Origin: Lama glama
Taxonomy: Eukaryota
Direction: 5' to 3'
Assembly: GCA_028534125.1 (NCBI GenBank)
Contig: CM052816.1
Span: forward strand, 71,240,001 to 71,304,000
DNA: 64,000 bases
Shown: one piece after another, positions 26,734 to 38,495 of the stretch
Layout of the letters: each line of letters starts with the position of its first letter
Position numbering within the stretch: the first letter of the stretch is position 1
The notes under the pieces: model-generated
Databases searched by the model: none
What the model was told of the DNA's origin: nothing
The model's input: the letters and a program-made list of their open reading frames with translations, nothing else
Made by a program: the position numbers and the translations under genes

Positions 26734-27909
26734 TGGAAACACAGTGCATGGGGCTCCCATGTGAAGAGTCCCAGAAATGTCTTCTTTTCACCCTCTGACC
26801 ATTTTATTCAGTTAGCCATTGGTTCCCAGTCAGGAGTCAGGCCAAGCAACCTAGACCTTCTAATCAATCTTTGTCTTAAAATACATTGTGGGACTATTGT
26901 CCTAAATGATTATAGCTCATGTTTCTCATTGCTGTCTTTGCCTTACAACCTTTTAAATTCCTCCAAACTAAGATGAATTAAGCAGATTTGTTTGAAGACC
27001 TTTAATATTGGCAAAACATCAGGGGCTTCCATTGGTCCATACAACTTCCAAGAGTGCAGGATTAAGACCTTTGTTTTGACCCCATCAATGTCTGCTTTAT
27101 TTATCCTGTTCCTTAATAACCGTTTAAAGATTTCCACCATGTTGGGAGGAGTCCTTTGATTTACTTCTTTTTCTATCCTCTTTGTTTTGCCCATTCTCTT
27201 AAGAATCATTCTCAGCTTCTTTGCTGTCTATCGTTTCAGCATAATTTTCCCCTTTGAAGTGGCTTTGAGACCCAGTATTAAGATCCACTTCAATTTTTTT
27301 TTTCCTTTCTTTTTAACTTTACCCATTTGTAGGGGCCCTGAGGCTAGAGACTGTAAACTCAGTCTGCTCAGGATCCAAACTTGGCCAGAGTCAGAATTTA
27401 ACTTAATACTTTAAAATTTTTATTTTAACTTTACCCATTGATATGGGACCTGAGGTTAGAGTCTATAACTTGAACCAGCCAGCATCCACATTTGGCCCAA
27501 CATTCTTCCTTGCTTGAATTTTAGCAAGTATAGATATCAACAATCAAGTGATTGATTGTATATTTAGCTAATTTCTTCTTACTTTGAATTTCTTTATGTA
27601 TCCAGTGAACCAACACCTCAGGAGTTTGAGTCAACATTATAAAATTCCATTTAAAATGGATGTAACTTTTACTCCCATTAACTGATCAAAACACAGCTTC
27701 AATTATCATGAGTGAACCTGTAACCGTTCAAAGTTTCTTCTTCCCCTACCCTATTATATTTTATCTTTCTAAGCCACATGTTTCAGTGAATCAGGATCAT
27801 TCTAGGGAACTCCCAATCCTGGTACCAACTACCCAGAGTTAGACAAACTACAAAGTCTGCGGGCACAGTCCTCCAGATTGAAAGTCTTCCCAAGACTTCT
27901 GACACCAAT
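26734..27909 (-). mobile_element. ERVL-class internal region (leader, gag-like and protease remnant; MER21-int-like)
   Basis: PBS-like sites at 27895-27907 and 27812-27827. Peptide LLRNRINKADIDGVKTKVLI. Decayed protease motif FLGL..MGAPCTVFPK (about LDTGAxCTVIP) at 26732-26780. Confidence 0.7.
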
Positions 27910-28443
27910 CGCAGGTTTGAGGGGTTCTCCAAATCACCTAAGTTCTGATAATTTGCTAGAAGTCCTCACAGAACTCACTAAAAGCTGTAACATTCATAAT
28001 TATCTTCTATTAGTAGGATAGGATACAAATTAAAATCAACCAAAGGAAGAGTCTGGGAGGGTTCCAGACATGAAGTTCTACTGTTGCCCAACTTCATTAT
28101 CCTCCTGGCATTGATGTGTGACAATATATATGAAGTATTGCCAACCAGCAAATTTCACCAGTCATTGTCCAGATTTTTGTGGGAATTTCTTTGTATATAC
28201 ATGGCTGATTGATTGCTCACTTTGTTGAACTCAGTCTCCAAGCCAACTGATACCATGTGACCCAAGCTTTCACTCATTCACATGGTTGGGTTCTGATGTG
28301 GCCAGTCTCACCCTAAGATCTGGTATGGCCAGTTTCTGCTCTAAACTATGACATTTCTAGCAGGTTTGACACTGGTTACCTCCCAGAAGTTGAGGACAAA
28401 GGACAGACTTCTCCTCAGACAAGGTCAAATTCTTCACTACACA
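27910..28443 (-). mobile_element. MER77-like (MER21 group, ERVL) 5' LTR
   Basis: Minus strand begins TGTGTAGTGAAGAATTTGACCTTG and contains ggagactgagttcaac, ggttggcaatact, ggaaccctcccagact and gagttctgtgag. It is followed directly by TGGTGTCAGAAGT. Confidence 0.85.
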
Positions 28444-28449
28444 TACTTG

Positions 28450-28801
28450 ACAGGTTAATAATGACAATGCTCTGGGAATGAGGTTTGAAAGAGCTCCAGC
28501 CTTATTCTGCACCCTCTGGTAGCTGCCATGCTGTGAGTTTTCACTCCAATTACAGGCTGTTAAGTTTCAAGGCTGAGGCAGGGAATGGGAAGAGGTCAAG
28601 TTAAAAATGCCACATAGCTCACTGTTCTTATTGAGATTTTCAGCCATTTATTTTTCAATATATAATTGTTGAATTGCTGCAAGCCTTTGATTAGTTTCCA
28701 GAGTACTGAAAACGTTGATTCTGATAATTTCGTCATTTTTCATTGTTTTTATGGAGGAGAGAATCTTAGGAGGTCCTTATTGTATCATTTACTGATGTCA
28801 C
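28450..28801 (-). mobile_element. Old LINE-1 5' end (L1MDa/MCa-like)
   Basis: Minus strand gtgacatcagtaaatg...ggacctcc...tctctcctccataaaaacaatg...cagaatcaac...ctctggaaactaatcaaaggcttgcagcaa. Confidence 0.75.
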
Positions 28802-28809
28802 TTCCTCAG

Positions 28810-29000
28810 CATACTTTTCTAAATAAAGCTTAGTTGGAACACAGCCATTCTCATCTGTTCTCATGTCATCTGTGCTGCTTTCCCACTGTAGTGACAAGGT
28901 TGAGTAGTTGTAACAGAGACCTGTAGCCCACAAAAGCTAAAAAAAAACTAAAATTTATACAATGTGATCCTTTATAGAACATTTTTGTCAGCATCTGCTC
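28810..29000 (-). mobile_element. MER58A-like hAT MITE
   Basis: taaataaag...ttggaacacagcca...gttgagtagttgtaacagagacc...cctttatagaa. Confidence 0.8.
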
Positions 29001-30504
29001 TAATATATAAACATTTCTGTGTGTGTGTGTGTGTGTACACAACATCCATATTCCATAACTGTGTACCCAAAATATATAACTGGCTTCTCAAAACCCTAGG
29101 GAAAAAGTTAGTGATATATTACAAAATTTTGTTAAAAGAAGAGCATCTGGGCTATACAATTCTTCTCTCGTTTGCCACTCCTCATTGTTTTTAGAGACAC
29201 AATGGTTTTTACATCAGTAACAAGGGAAAGAAAGAGTTAAAATACAAGCTATATCAAATTTTATACTACAAAGCCTCATTAAAAATCTGGGCTTTGCCTT
29301 TTTTTCCTTCTTTGTTGATTTTTCCACACACCCTTTTGTCAGTTTCATAACAGAAAACTGAGAGACAATTCTTTTTGTGTCCACCATAAACATCTTATGT
29401 ACTATTCTCTCCCTAATAAAAGCTATATTCTTATGTAAATTGACATGATCAGTCATATTATTTACTTTTTTATACTATTTAAAAATGTTTATATTTTGTT
29501 TGAGTAAAATTTTGAGAAAAATAATTCACTTATCCAACAAAGATTCCTTTACATGCTCATCACTGCGTAATTATTTTAGTAAAGATTCTTTAGCTTGAGG
29601 ACCTCCCTTCAGTTCTCAGCAACCCAGTTTTCTTAGCCAAGGTGAGCACACACATCTGATGGAACTTCAGATTCACTGAACTTCTGTTAATCTCCCTCAT
29701 CAAGAAATAAACCACGTTTTACGGAAGAGTAGTATATTAGAAATTTTAAAAGGGTAAAAATAAACTCAAGCATTACAGGTTTGAATTACTAGACAAGAGT
29801 TCATGTGCAAAAAAAAGCTGTGAGTCTGACTCTAAAATTAATAGGATATGCAACTTGCTTGCATGATTGTCTTATAATTTATTGAATCGAGATGAGGTAT
29901 TGTCTTTGAAGTTCTATTAGGATGAATTTAATTATTGACCAAAATAATTCTGAACCAAGATTTGATGTATGTGTTAAAATATACAATATGTCTCTGCTTA
30001 TATGCTACTTATTTTACATTTGTCATTTCATACTGTAGAAAAAAACAATTTAAACATATGACCGCAGGTAAATGATTTACTCCTTTTTGAACTCTTCTAC
30101 CAGAATAACGGCAAAGTTTGAAAGTTTAGTAAATGAGATTTTACTGGAAGAACACATAAACTCAGGAAATGAGAAGCCCCTTGGGGCCAGGAATCATAAC
30201 AGTATCTAGTAACCAAAAGGCTGCTAATATTAATGTGTATTGATACCGATGTCAATTTCTACATGTGTTTATTACACTTACCTTCCTGTGGTCCAAACTT
30301 CCTGGTCACTTTGTATTGGGCCTTTCTAATGTAGATTCAGGAAGTTCATTCAGTATTTGGTACGCAATCCTCTGGGGACAACCATATGTGCTTTTTGCCT
30401 TGGAGTAAGGTGGAAAAACATACAGCAAAATTTTAGGCAGTGTTGCTTTCCCCATTCTTCTGTATTTATCTGGACCTGAAAATTATCACCTCTCACTGTA
30501 GGTT

Positions 30505-30505
<1 letters not shown>

Positions 30506-30541
<36 letters not shown>
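30506..30541 (+). repeat. (CA)n microsatellite
   Basis: About 18 uninterrupted CA units. Confidence 0.95.
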
Positions 30542-30542
<1 letters not shown>

Positions 30543-30789
30543 CATCAAATTCTGTGGTTTCAGAGCAAAATAAAATGAAATTTGATTAGTCGGCATATCC
30601 TTGTTCTGGACTAACCCCTCCTTTGCTTGCTTCCAACAGTAGAGGTAATTATAAATAAGTTCCCAATATTTTATCACTTGACTTTATCTGTCAAAATGTT
30701 GTTTTTAAAAAGTACATGCCTGCTGTTTTTAAATCTTTCTGCATCCCAGTCAAGGTCTTTGTGCAAAAAATGTTACAGTTGTGCCTTTT

Positions 30790-31330
30790 TTCCTTGCTAC
30801 CCGGGACAGCAGGTAGGTAACCGTCTGTGAGCTAACGGAGAACTTCAATAACTTCCACAGAAAGAGACGGTAGGGAGTTTGTATTTTTGGTCACGAAGCC
30901 AGGGCTTTCATTTGAAGTTTCAGGGTGCGTCATGCAGTTGAGCACTGATTGAATGGGGGCACTGGAGGCCCTGGGGATCAAGCTGTGACATTTTTCTGAG
31001 CCTGAGGGCTGCTCGCCGTCATTACAGCACAGGCCATGCTGACTGCTACTTCAGGGGACACGGGGAGAAGGTTGTGCTTCCAAGTGTGGGTGGTCGAATA
31101 AACTCTTTTAGCAGCAGCAGTTGGTCTATTTCGCCTGAGAAAGAGACCACCAGCAGCCCCCAAAGTGCTAAAAAATTACAATCAATTTTAAAAATATATA
31201 TTATATTACATAAAAGACTGTAAGAGCAAGCGCTGAGCATTGCTCCACAGAATTACCAGCTGCTAAATGAGGCAGTCACATGCAGCCATGCGGGATTTAT
31301 CCTTAACCCAGAGAATTGCCAGCTCTCCCA
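30790..31330. promoter_or_regulatory. Candidate enhancer or alternative promoter (unique, CpG-retaining)
   Basis: 13 CpGs counted in about 500 bp within an AT-rich background, no recognisable repeat, clustered transcription-factor-like motifs. Confidence 0.4.
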
Positions 31331-34300
31331 CCACTCTACCTGTCTCTCAGGGGAAAGAGAAGAAGAAGAAGAAGGAAAAAACAAAACCCTAAACAAAATA
31401 ATAAATAGCAGCAGAAAGCAAAAAACACCAGTGAGTTTAGAGAAAATGGATTGATGGGAACCACTGACATGTAGTAGTCTCGTTTATCCTTTGGTTGTGA
31501 GTATTCAGGGTTTGTTCATAAAGGAATTGTTAAGGCTCATATGTTTGCTGTGCATTTAGGTAATGTTTAAGGACCAAATGACATCTTCAAATTCATTTAG
31601 GGTGTTGGTTGTCAGGACTGTTCTTTAATATTGGGGTCAACTCAGTTTTGGTTTGTCTCAAAGTTTTTAAAGCCATAAACTGTGTCCTTAACTTAAGTAA
31701 TTAATCTGAGAAATTCCTAGAATCTATCTGATCACTAATTGATAGTCTTATGTAACACATAAAAGGCACTTTTCAACCATCATGCCGAATTAAGCATTAG
31801 GTTTTTTTCATCCAAGAAATCTGAAGTTCAAGGGTCAAGGTAATTTGTAGGCAACACATACATTGGTAGATTGGCTATTGAAATCTTAACTTCGAACACA
31901 AAATAAAACTCATTCCACACTTGATGCTTCTCATCCAACCCCAAATCTAAAGCATAGTGTGTGAACCAAATAACCTTTTGGATGATCATTGAGAAAAATT
32001 GTCACATCCTAAAGAATTCAGAGTTACACTCTCCCTCAGATTTCTTCCAATAATAGGAAATAGGGAATCTCATTGCACTTTTAAACAACTTTACTTATTA
32101 GAACACATATACTTCAGTCAAACTGAATTATGTTTTAGTGTCTCCAGGGTCATGTTCCTGTAGGAACCCATCCCTGGTGCACGGAAGTGGTGAGAACTCC
32201 ACATAAAAGCAATGGCATAGTTAGAAAATGGCATGACCTCCCTAGGCCGGCCCCTCTCTTCACTCAAGACTTGCCCTTCCTCCAGCTACTCCACATTTGA
32301 CATATTTGCCATTTCTATTAGGCCTCCCAGTTATTGGTAATCTAACAATTATGCTTTTAGCTCCTCTGGGTCCAAACTTTCAGGTGTCTGATCCATAGCT
32401 TTATCTCTTGCTAATTAATGACCTTCTCATCCTTCCTGACAAGAGGTACTGGGATGCTCAGCCCTCACAGGGTAAAGAAATCTCAAGTCTTCAGGCCTTC
32501 CCTTCCCTCGAAGTTCTCCCCAGTAAAGTTTTCAAAATCTCTTCTTTTCCTGATTCTGTTCCTAGAAGCCAAGTGTCTAATTGTTTATCATTTTCTTCTA
32601 TTTGGAATCATAAAAAATATACTTAATTCATCTTCCATCTGACAGTCCTTTGCGTACCTGAAGGTAGCACTCCACCTCTGCCTCTCTTCAGCTGGAGAAC
32701 CAGCGCTAATTCCTTCAGCATTTCCTTCAGTTTCTCTTAAAATGTGAATCCTGGGACAAAAAAAATGTAGCTTTGATTACACTTTGGCAAATGAGATGAG
32801 TCTTCCCTTTCACTTGAACGCTATTGTTCAACCTAAAATGTTATTTACTGTTTCAGAAGTTGAACTACGTCAAGAGGCTGAAAATGAACTAAAATTATTA
32901 AGCAATTTTTATAGAGATATTCATTAAGGTGACTTCTACCTCATCCTGTAACTCTACGTTACGTTGAATTTTTTTAAGCACATCTTTGCAAGTTTATTCT
33001 TACTCATTGAGACCCCAGGTTGAAAAATCCAGATTAAAAAAATCTTCTATTAAATTTGTAGTCACTTATTCAATATATTGAGTAGATTTTTAATAGCATT
33101 TAAAAATTTTAAAACTGATATGCATTCTTTATAGGTTTTCAATCAGGATTCATAAATAGATATTAAGCACCTATTGTATACACTTGTAATACAATTAAAT
33201 GAAAAAGACTAATTTTCAGCCTTGAAGTACTTTATAAGACTATATACTTCACAAGGAAGGAGTCCTGTCTGGCCAAGTCCCTCTGACACTCAGCGTCAGC
33301 ATTGTGCCTGTCACACACCAGGTCCATGATGTCCTGTGAATTAATGAGTGGATGTTGGAGAGGAAACAGGAATTTAAATAATTAATATGTTGTTGTGACA
33401 AATGCCCATCTAATTTCCATCAAATATTATGACCAAGGGCACGATTACCAAGTCTGTATAGCTTGCCACTAGAAATTTTCCTCTACATTTAATCTACTTT
33501 AATTGAGCACTTCAGGCAAATTGCATTTCAAGCACCCAGATGAACTCAAGATATACTCCGTCCAAAACACTCTGTTCAAAACAGATTCTTGATGCCCAAG
33601 TTTCAACTGCCTTGTAAAAATGAAAAATTTGTTATTTTAAAACATCCCCTGATTATCTTCCTCTTACAACCTAGCCAGCAAAGGTTTTGTAGGACTGTTT
33701 TAGTGAAGAGACAGTTTCTTTAATCATAACTGTGAGTAACACTGAACTCAAGAATGAACACAGAGCCATGTTGAGTAGGAAGCCAAAGAAAGAAATTGAA
33801 CTGAAGAAAAGGCCAGAAGTAGGCTTATATATCTGATGTCCTTATGAGAGCTCTCTGTGCTTAAAGAACTATCTCAAGGCTTGCTAGAAAACATGTTACC
33901 TACTCTTTGGAAACTGTGTTGACTTCTAGATGACCATTCATTTGATTTATAAACAAATTTTATTAGCAATTAATTGCAAGCCACTCTTTCTGAGTCTCTT
34001 GCCCAGTCTGCCTACTTTTTAGGTAAAACAGGGCAATATTTGCTATTGATAGATTTTGTTATCAAATCTATTTACAGGAATTTCTAAAGATGATATTTAG
34101 TATCTTTGGATCTATAATACATACTTTTCCCCCTTATCCAGAGTAATAATTAAGCTAATTTATGAAAGTCCTAAATCTAAACAGTTGTATCATTTTAAAA
34201 CAAAATTACTATCATAGTTAATTCTGAGATTGCATATAGATTGTTCTATACTCTGCCTCATTTTTAAAACAGACCTTTGAAGACAGTCTGTTTCAGAGTT

Positions 34301-35864
34301 ATCTTGTATCAAGTCATCTTATAATTAAAGAAATTAATTTAGTACATAACTATCTTAAATATTGATATAGTCTCAGAAACATCTCTACAGTGCAGCAGCT
34401 TTCTAATCTGCTTTTAAGGGGCTGATCCCTTTCTGCAGTGGAAATCTTATATATTTTCAACATTTTAAACAATAATAATAGCAATAATAAAAATAGTAAG
34501 CATAATAAATTTCCTGTAGTTGAATCCAGTTGGGACAGCTCCCATCCATCCAAAGATGTCAAGTTCACACTCTCTCCATAGTTCTAAAACAGATCTAGCA
34601 ACACTCCTATAAAGGCTTTGGTTTTATACAAAGCACTGGTCAAGAAAGAGCTGCTTCACTGTTTACTATCTCTGGGTTTGTTAGCCATTCTTGGCGTCTT
34701 CTTGACCATGAGATTTCACAGGTCGCTCAGGTGAAAGTGGCCTCTCCACAAATCAGTGTCAGAACACCTAGACAGCATTTTGGTAGTATTCTCCAAAACC
34801 ACTCAACAAGTCAATGACAGTCATTTTATTGTGTTGACCCCTCACCACACAGAGAATAGACTCATTCAAATGTCAAGTGCATGCTGACAAAGGCCAGCTT
34901 AGTTGAGAGTGGTTGCGCTTTAAACCCCTTTAAACAGATTTATCCCTCCATCAGATGTGAATGTTTAGTAAGTGTTTTTGAACAAATATTAGAAAAATAG
35001 CTATTGTAACAAAATTTTAATCCAGTAAAACTTAATTTTTTCAAGGATGATCTAAGTAGCCAGTACTTTTTATTAAGCTCACATATAGCAATAATGTTTT
35101 AAATCAGTAACATTTCTCATTTTCAAGATGACTATGCAACGATATAGAATAAAGTTAATTGATCGCTAGCCATATCACACAATAGCTTTTCAGGTCCTCT
35201 CTGACTTGAGTTTAACAAAAGAAACATTTATTGTTGCTCCTCATTTAGTACAGTAGGTAATTTCTTAGAAAAAAATAGGTGTATTATTTTATTTTTGTGA
35301 ATCAAAGAGCGAGTAAGAGGGGATTCTCAGATAATGGATTCTGAAGAAAGGTTCATAAATCAAAAATAACTATGTGCATTTAGAGGTGAGAGAATTTTCA
35401 TATTTGAATAGTTTAGGTGTATTCCTGACTAAAGGAAGAAAAACTGATAAACTAGAGAATTCTCAAGATGTTTTACTGACATTCAAATCTTAACATATAT
35501 TTCCCAGCAGTTTTATTTATAATTAGAGTAATTAATGTGGCTTAGTTGGAAATTAGAGAGTCATTTTCCCAAACTTGTCTTTTCTTTTTCTGATTATTAT
35601 TCTGACTAATAATAATAATGCCTGAATAATGTATATCCCTTTAGCTTTTAGGGATTTTTTTTTTTCAGTGATGGTTTATTTCTGTGGTTGGGCAAATTCG
35701 TTCTTTCTGATGCTGATAGCTATTAACCATGTAAACAACAAGTCAATGAATAAATGATACGAAGGGAGTAAGATCCAGGTATTTACTAATGAGGACGGAA
35801 ATAAGAACAGAGATTGGGGGTGGTGGATAGTGTGGAGTAAGTTTCGAGACAGTTTAGCAAGGAA

Positions 35865-36003
35865 GTAGTTTTGCCCTTATAGTGAGAAAGCCGCCATTGA
35901 CAACATGCAAATGACTGAGTGTGGCTGTGTTTCCATAAAACTTTATTTGCAAAACCAGAGCAATCTGAGTTTGGCGCTGTAGGCTATTGTTTACTGGCCC
36001 TGC
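35865..36003 (+). mobile_element. MER58A-like fragment
   Basis: gtgagaaagccgccattgacaac...gagtgtggctgtgtttccataaaactttattt. Confidence 0.75.
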
Positions 36004-36167
36004 AGTAAATCGTAGAGTACTCATGAACAGGGGTCAAGCCTTTTTCCTATTCTCGTTGTTTTGAATACCTGCAGGGTTTCTTAGGCATTTTTAGTTAGGA
36101 GATTCAAGCAAGTAATCAAAAGTGACAAAGAACCCTGAGAAGGAAATCAGACAGATACAAATACATC

Positions 36168-36641
36168 TGATAATGGGACAGGGCATTACCATTAAAAGAA
36201 TGACACAGCAATTAGCACCAAGACAGTGGAAGATTCATTGTAACCCAGTAGCATGCTAAATGGCACTCCCACAGGTGCCATGACAGTTTCAAGGCTGACC
36301 ATAAAAGGTCAGAAAGTGGATGATGGCTGAGTTGCTGGAAATCCCAGCCCTTTCTCTTGCCTTTTTTGAGATGGCCTGTACTCTCTCTAGGGAGTGTATA
36401 AATCTACTTTTGCTTTAACCACCCCCATGCCTCGTGGCCTCTCTAGCCTTCTGAGTTGGCCTACACTCGGTCTATGGAGTGTGCATCTCTCTGATTAAGT
36501 CTGCTTTTACACAGCTATAGATTGCTCCTGAATTCTTTCCTGCATGAAGCCAAGGACCCTCACTTGATGGGGCATGTCCTAGAGACTTGCCTGGGACCTA
36601 GGACATAGCCATCCTCTTGCACCCCATTTTTTCCTATATCA
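36168..36641 (+). mobile_element. ERV1 solo LTR, MER41-like
   Basis: cactcccacaggtgccatgacagttt, tctatggagtg, tgaattctttcctgcatgaagccaagga, ending ...tatca. The 5' boundary is uncertain and I found no TSD. Confidence 0.7.
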
Positions 36642-38028
36642 ATAAGACTGTATCAGATCCTTGAAGAAAATATCAGATATACCCAGATTATCGTCTATCA
36701 CTCTTTAGAGTTTAGTAATGATAAATGGTAACCTAAGATTAAATTCCCGTACAAGACTAAAAGAATCTGACACAATTTCACTAAATGCCCAAATAATTTG
36801 ATTTGATAATTTTAGATATAATTTAGTAAGCCCTTAAATATACTATCATGATTATGTATTTATTATATAACCAATTTGTTTGTATGTAATTTCCAAGTAT
36901 AGTTTGCAAAAGTGAAGGCTTCTTTATTCTTCCGTATTACTGCTTTATTTCTTTATATATAATATACTCAGGTCCTTAGATGCTTCTTTGGCAACCATAA
37001 GACTACTTTTTTAACAGATAATTGTCATATTGTAAATAGAATATATATTCATTAAAATAATAATCCTACTTCATATAATTTGTTCTATTCCCTGTCTCTT
37101 ACAATCTGAAATTAACTACGTGATTCACTAAGGCAAATACTCCATCTAGCATCAGAGATTGTAGAGAAAGTCAATGAAACTAAACTAGCTACATTAGACA
37201 TGATGAGGAAAATGTTTTGAGAACCTATAGCATTCCTTTCCATGAACGCAACTCAAGTGATTATGATCTGACCTACTTTTTTTTATCTTCCTGAGTGCAG
37301 CAGAAGCATTTGGCAAAATAGAGCTACCGTCACAGTAATGGGAAAATGTTCACATAACATCAGATGAAAAAGGACCAAGGGAAGACATTTTAGTCTTTGA
37401 GGAAGAGGCAAATACGTGAAGGCCAATTTTATTCCTTAAACTATGTATTATCTGTGGTATTATTACTACTATTAAGCATTTATTGAGTGCCAACAACATG
37501 GGTAATCAGAGCACCTCATCAGTGCTGATGGAAGCATTTTGTTATGAAAAATCACCCCTGCTTAATGCATTGTGGCTTATGACATTCCTCTTGACAAAGA
37601 AAAGAGTAGCTCCAGAAGATCTCCCAAAGCACATGCATTGCTAATGAATTTCCTCCAAGATAAAACTGACCAAAAGTGTCATACCAGTAAATACATACAA
37701 TGGCTGCATCTTTCATGTTGTTTTCTTTCTTAGCATCTCTCAGTTCCTTTAGTCCATTTTTCTCTGTTATGTGTGTGCGTACATATGCTCCATTTCTGTC
37801 TTTCTCCATTTTTCTCTCTTTCTCCACCTTTCATATATTATTTCTGACCTGCCCCAAAGGAACTCTTAAAAATTTATTCTCACCTACATTTCCCCTTCTC
37901 ATGCTTTTCTTTTAGAATTCCACAAATCTGGAAATACAGAAAGAAAAATAAATTTGATTAATCTGGGGTTAGCTAACCAAAAGGTATTACGTCTCTTGAC
38001 CCAATTCCAAGTTTATGACCATCTTTTC

Positions 38029-38283
38029 TTTTTTTTTTTTTAGATAGTATAGTCACTTTACAATGTTGTGTTAGTTTCTGGTGTGCAACATAATGTTTCA
38101 GTCATCCATACACATACATATATTCCTTTTCACATTCTTTTCCACTGTAGGTTACTACAAGATATTGAATATAGTTTCCTGTGTTATATAGTAGAAACTT
38201 GTTGTATATTTATTTCATATATAGTAGATAGTATCTGCAAATCTCGAGCTCCCAATTTATTCCTTCCCACCCCTTTTCTCCCC
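38029..38283 (-). mobile_element. Short 5'-truncated LINE-1 3' UTR insertion
   Basis: Poly(T) followed by artiodactyl-type L1 3' end. Perfect 16-bp TSD TTATGACCATCTTTTC (38013-38028, 38284-38299). Confidence 0.93.
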
Positions 38284-38348
38284 TTATGACCATCTTTTCA
38301 GCTGGAGTATGTAGGGAGGGCAGTGGAAAATAGTGCAGTATTCTTTAA

Positions 38349-38495
38349 ATTTTTATTTATTTTATTCATTTTTTGAGGGGGGAGGTAATTAGGTTTATTT
38401 ATGTACTTATTTTTACAGGAGGTGCTGGGGATTGAACCCAGGACCTTGTGCCTGCTAAGCATGTGCTCTAGCGCTTGAGCTATACCCTCCCCCCC
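38349..38495 (-). mobile_element. Camelid tRNA-derived SINE (long form)
   Basis: gggaggtaattaggttt...ggggattgaacccaggacc...gagctataccctcccc, with a diverged TSD (agtgcagtattctttaa / aatgtagtatttattaa). Confidence 0.9.

Noticed and set aside
30978..31240. Overlapping minus-strand ORFs in the CpG-retaining block as coding exons
   Set aside because: Peptides not recognisable and they stop without a good donor; a regulatory reading fits better
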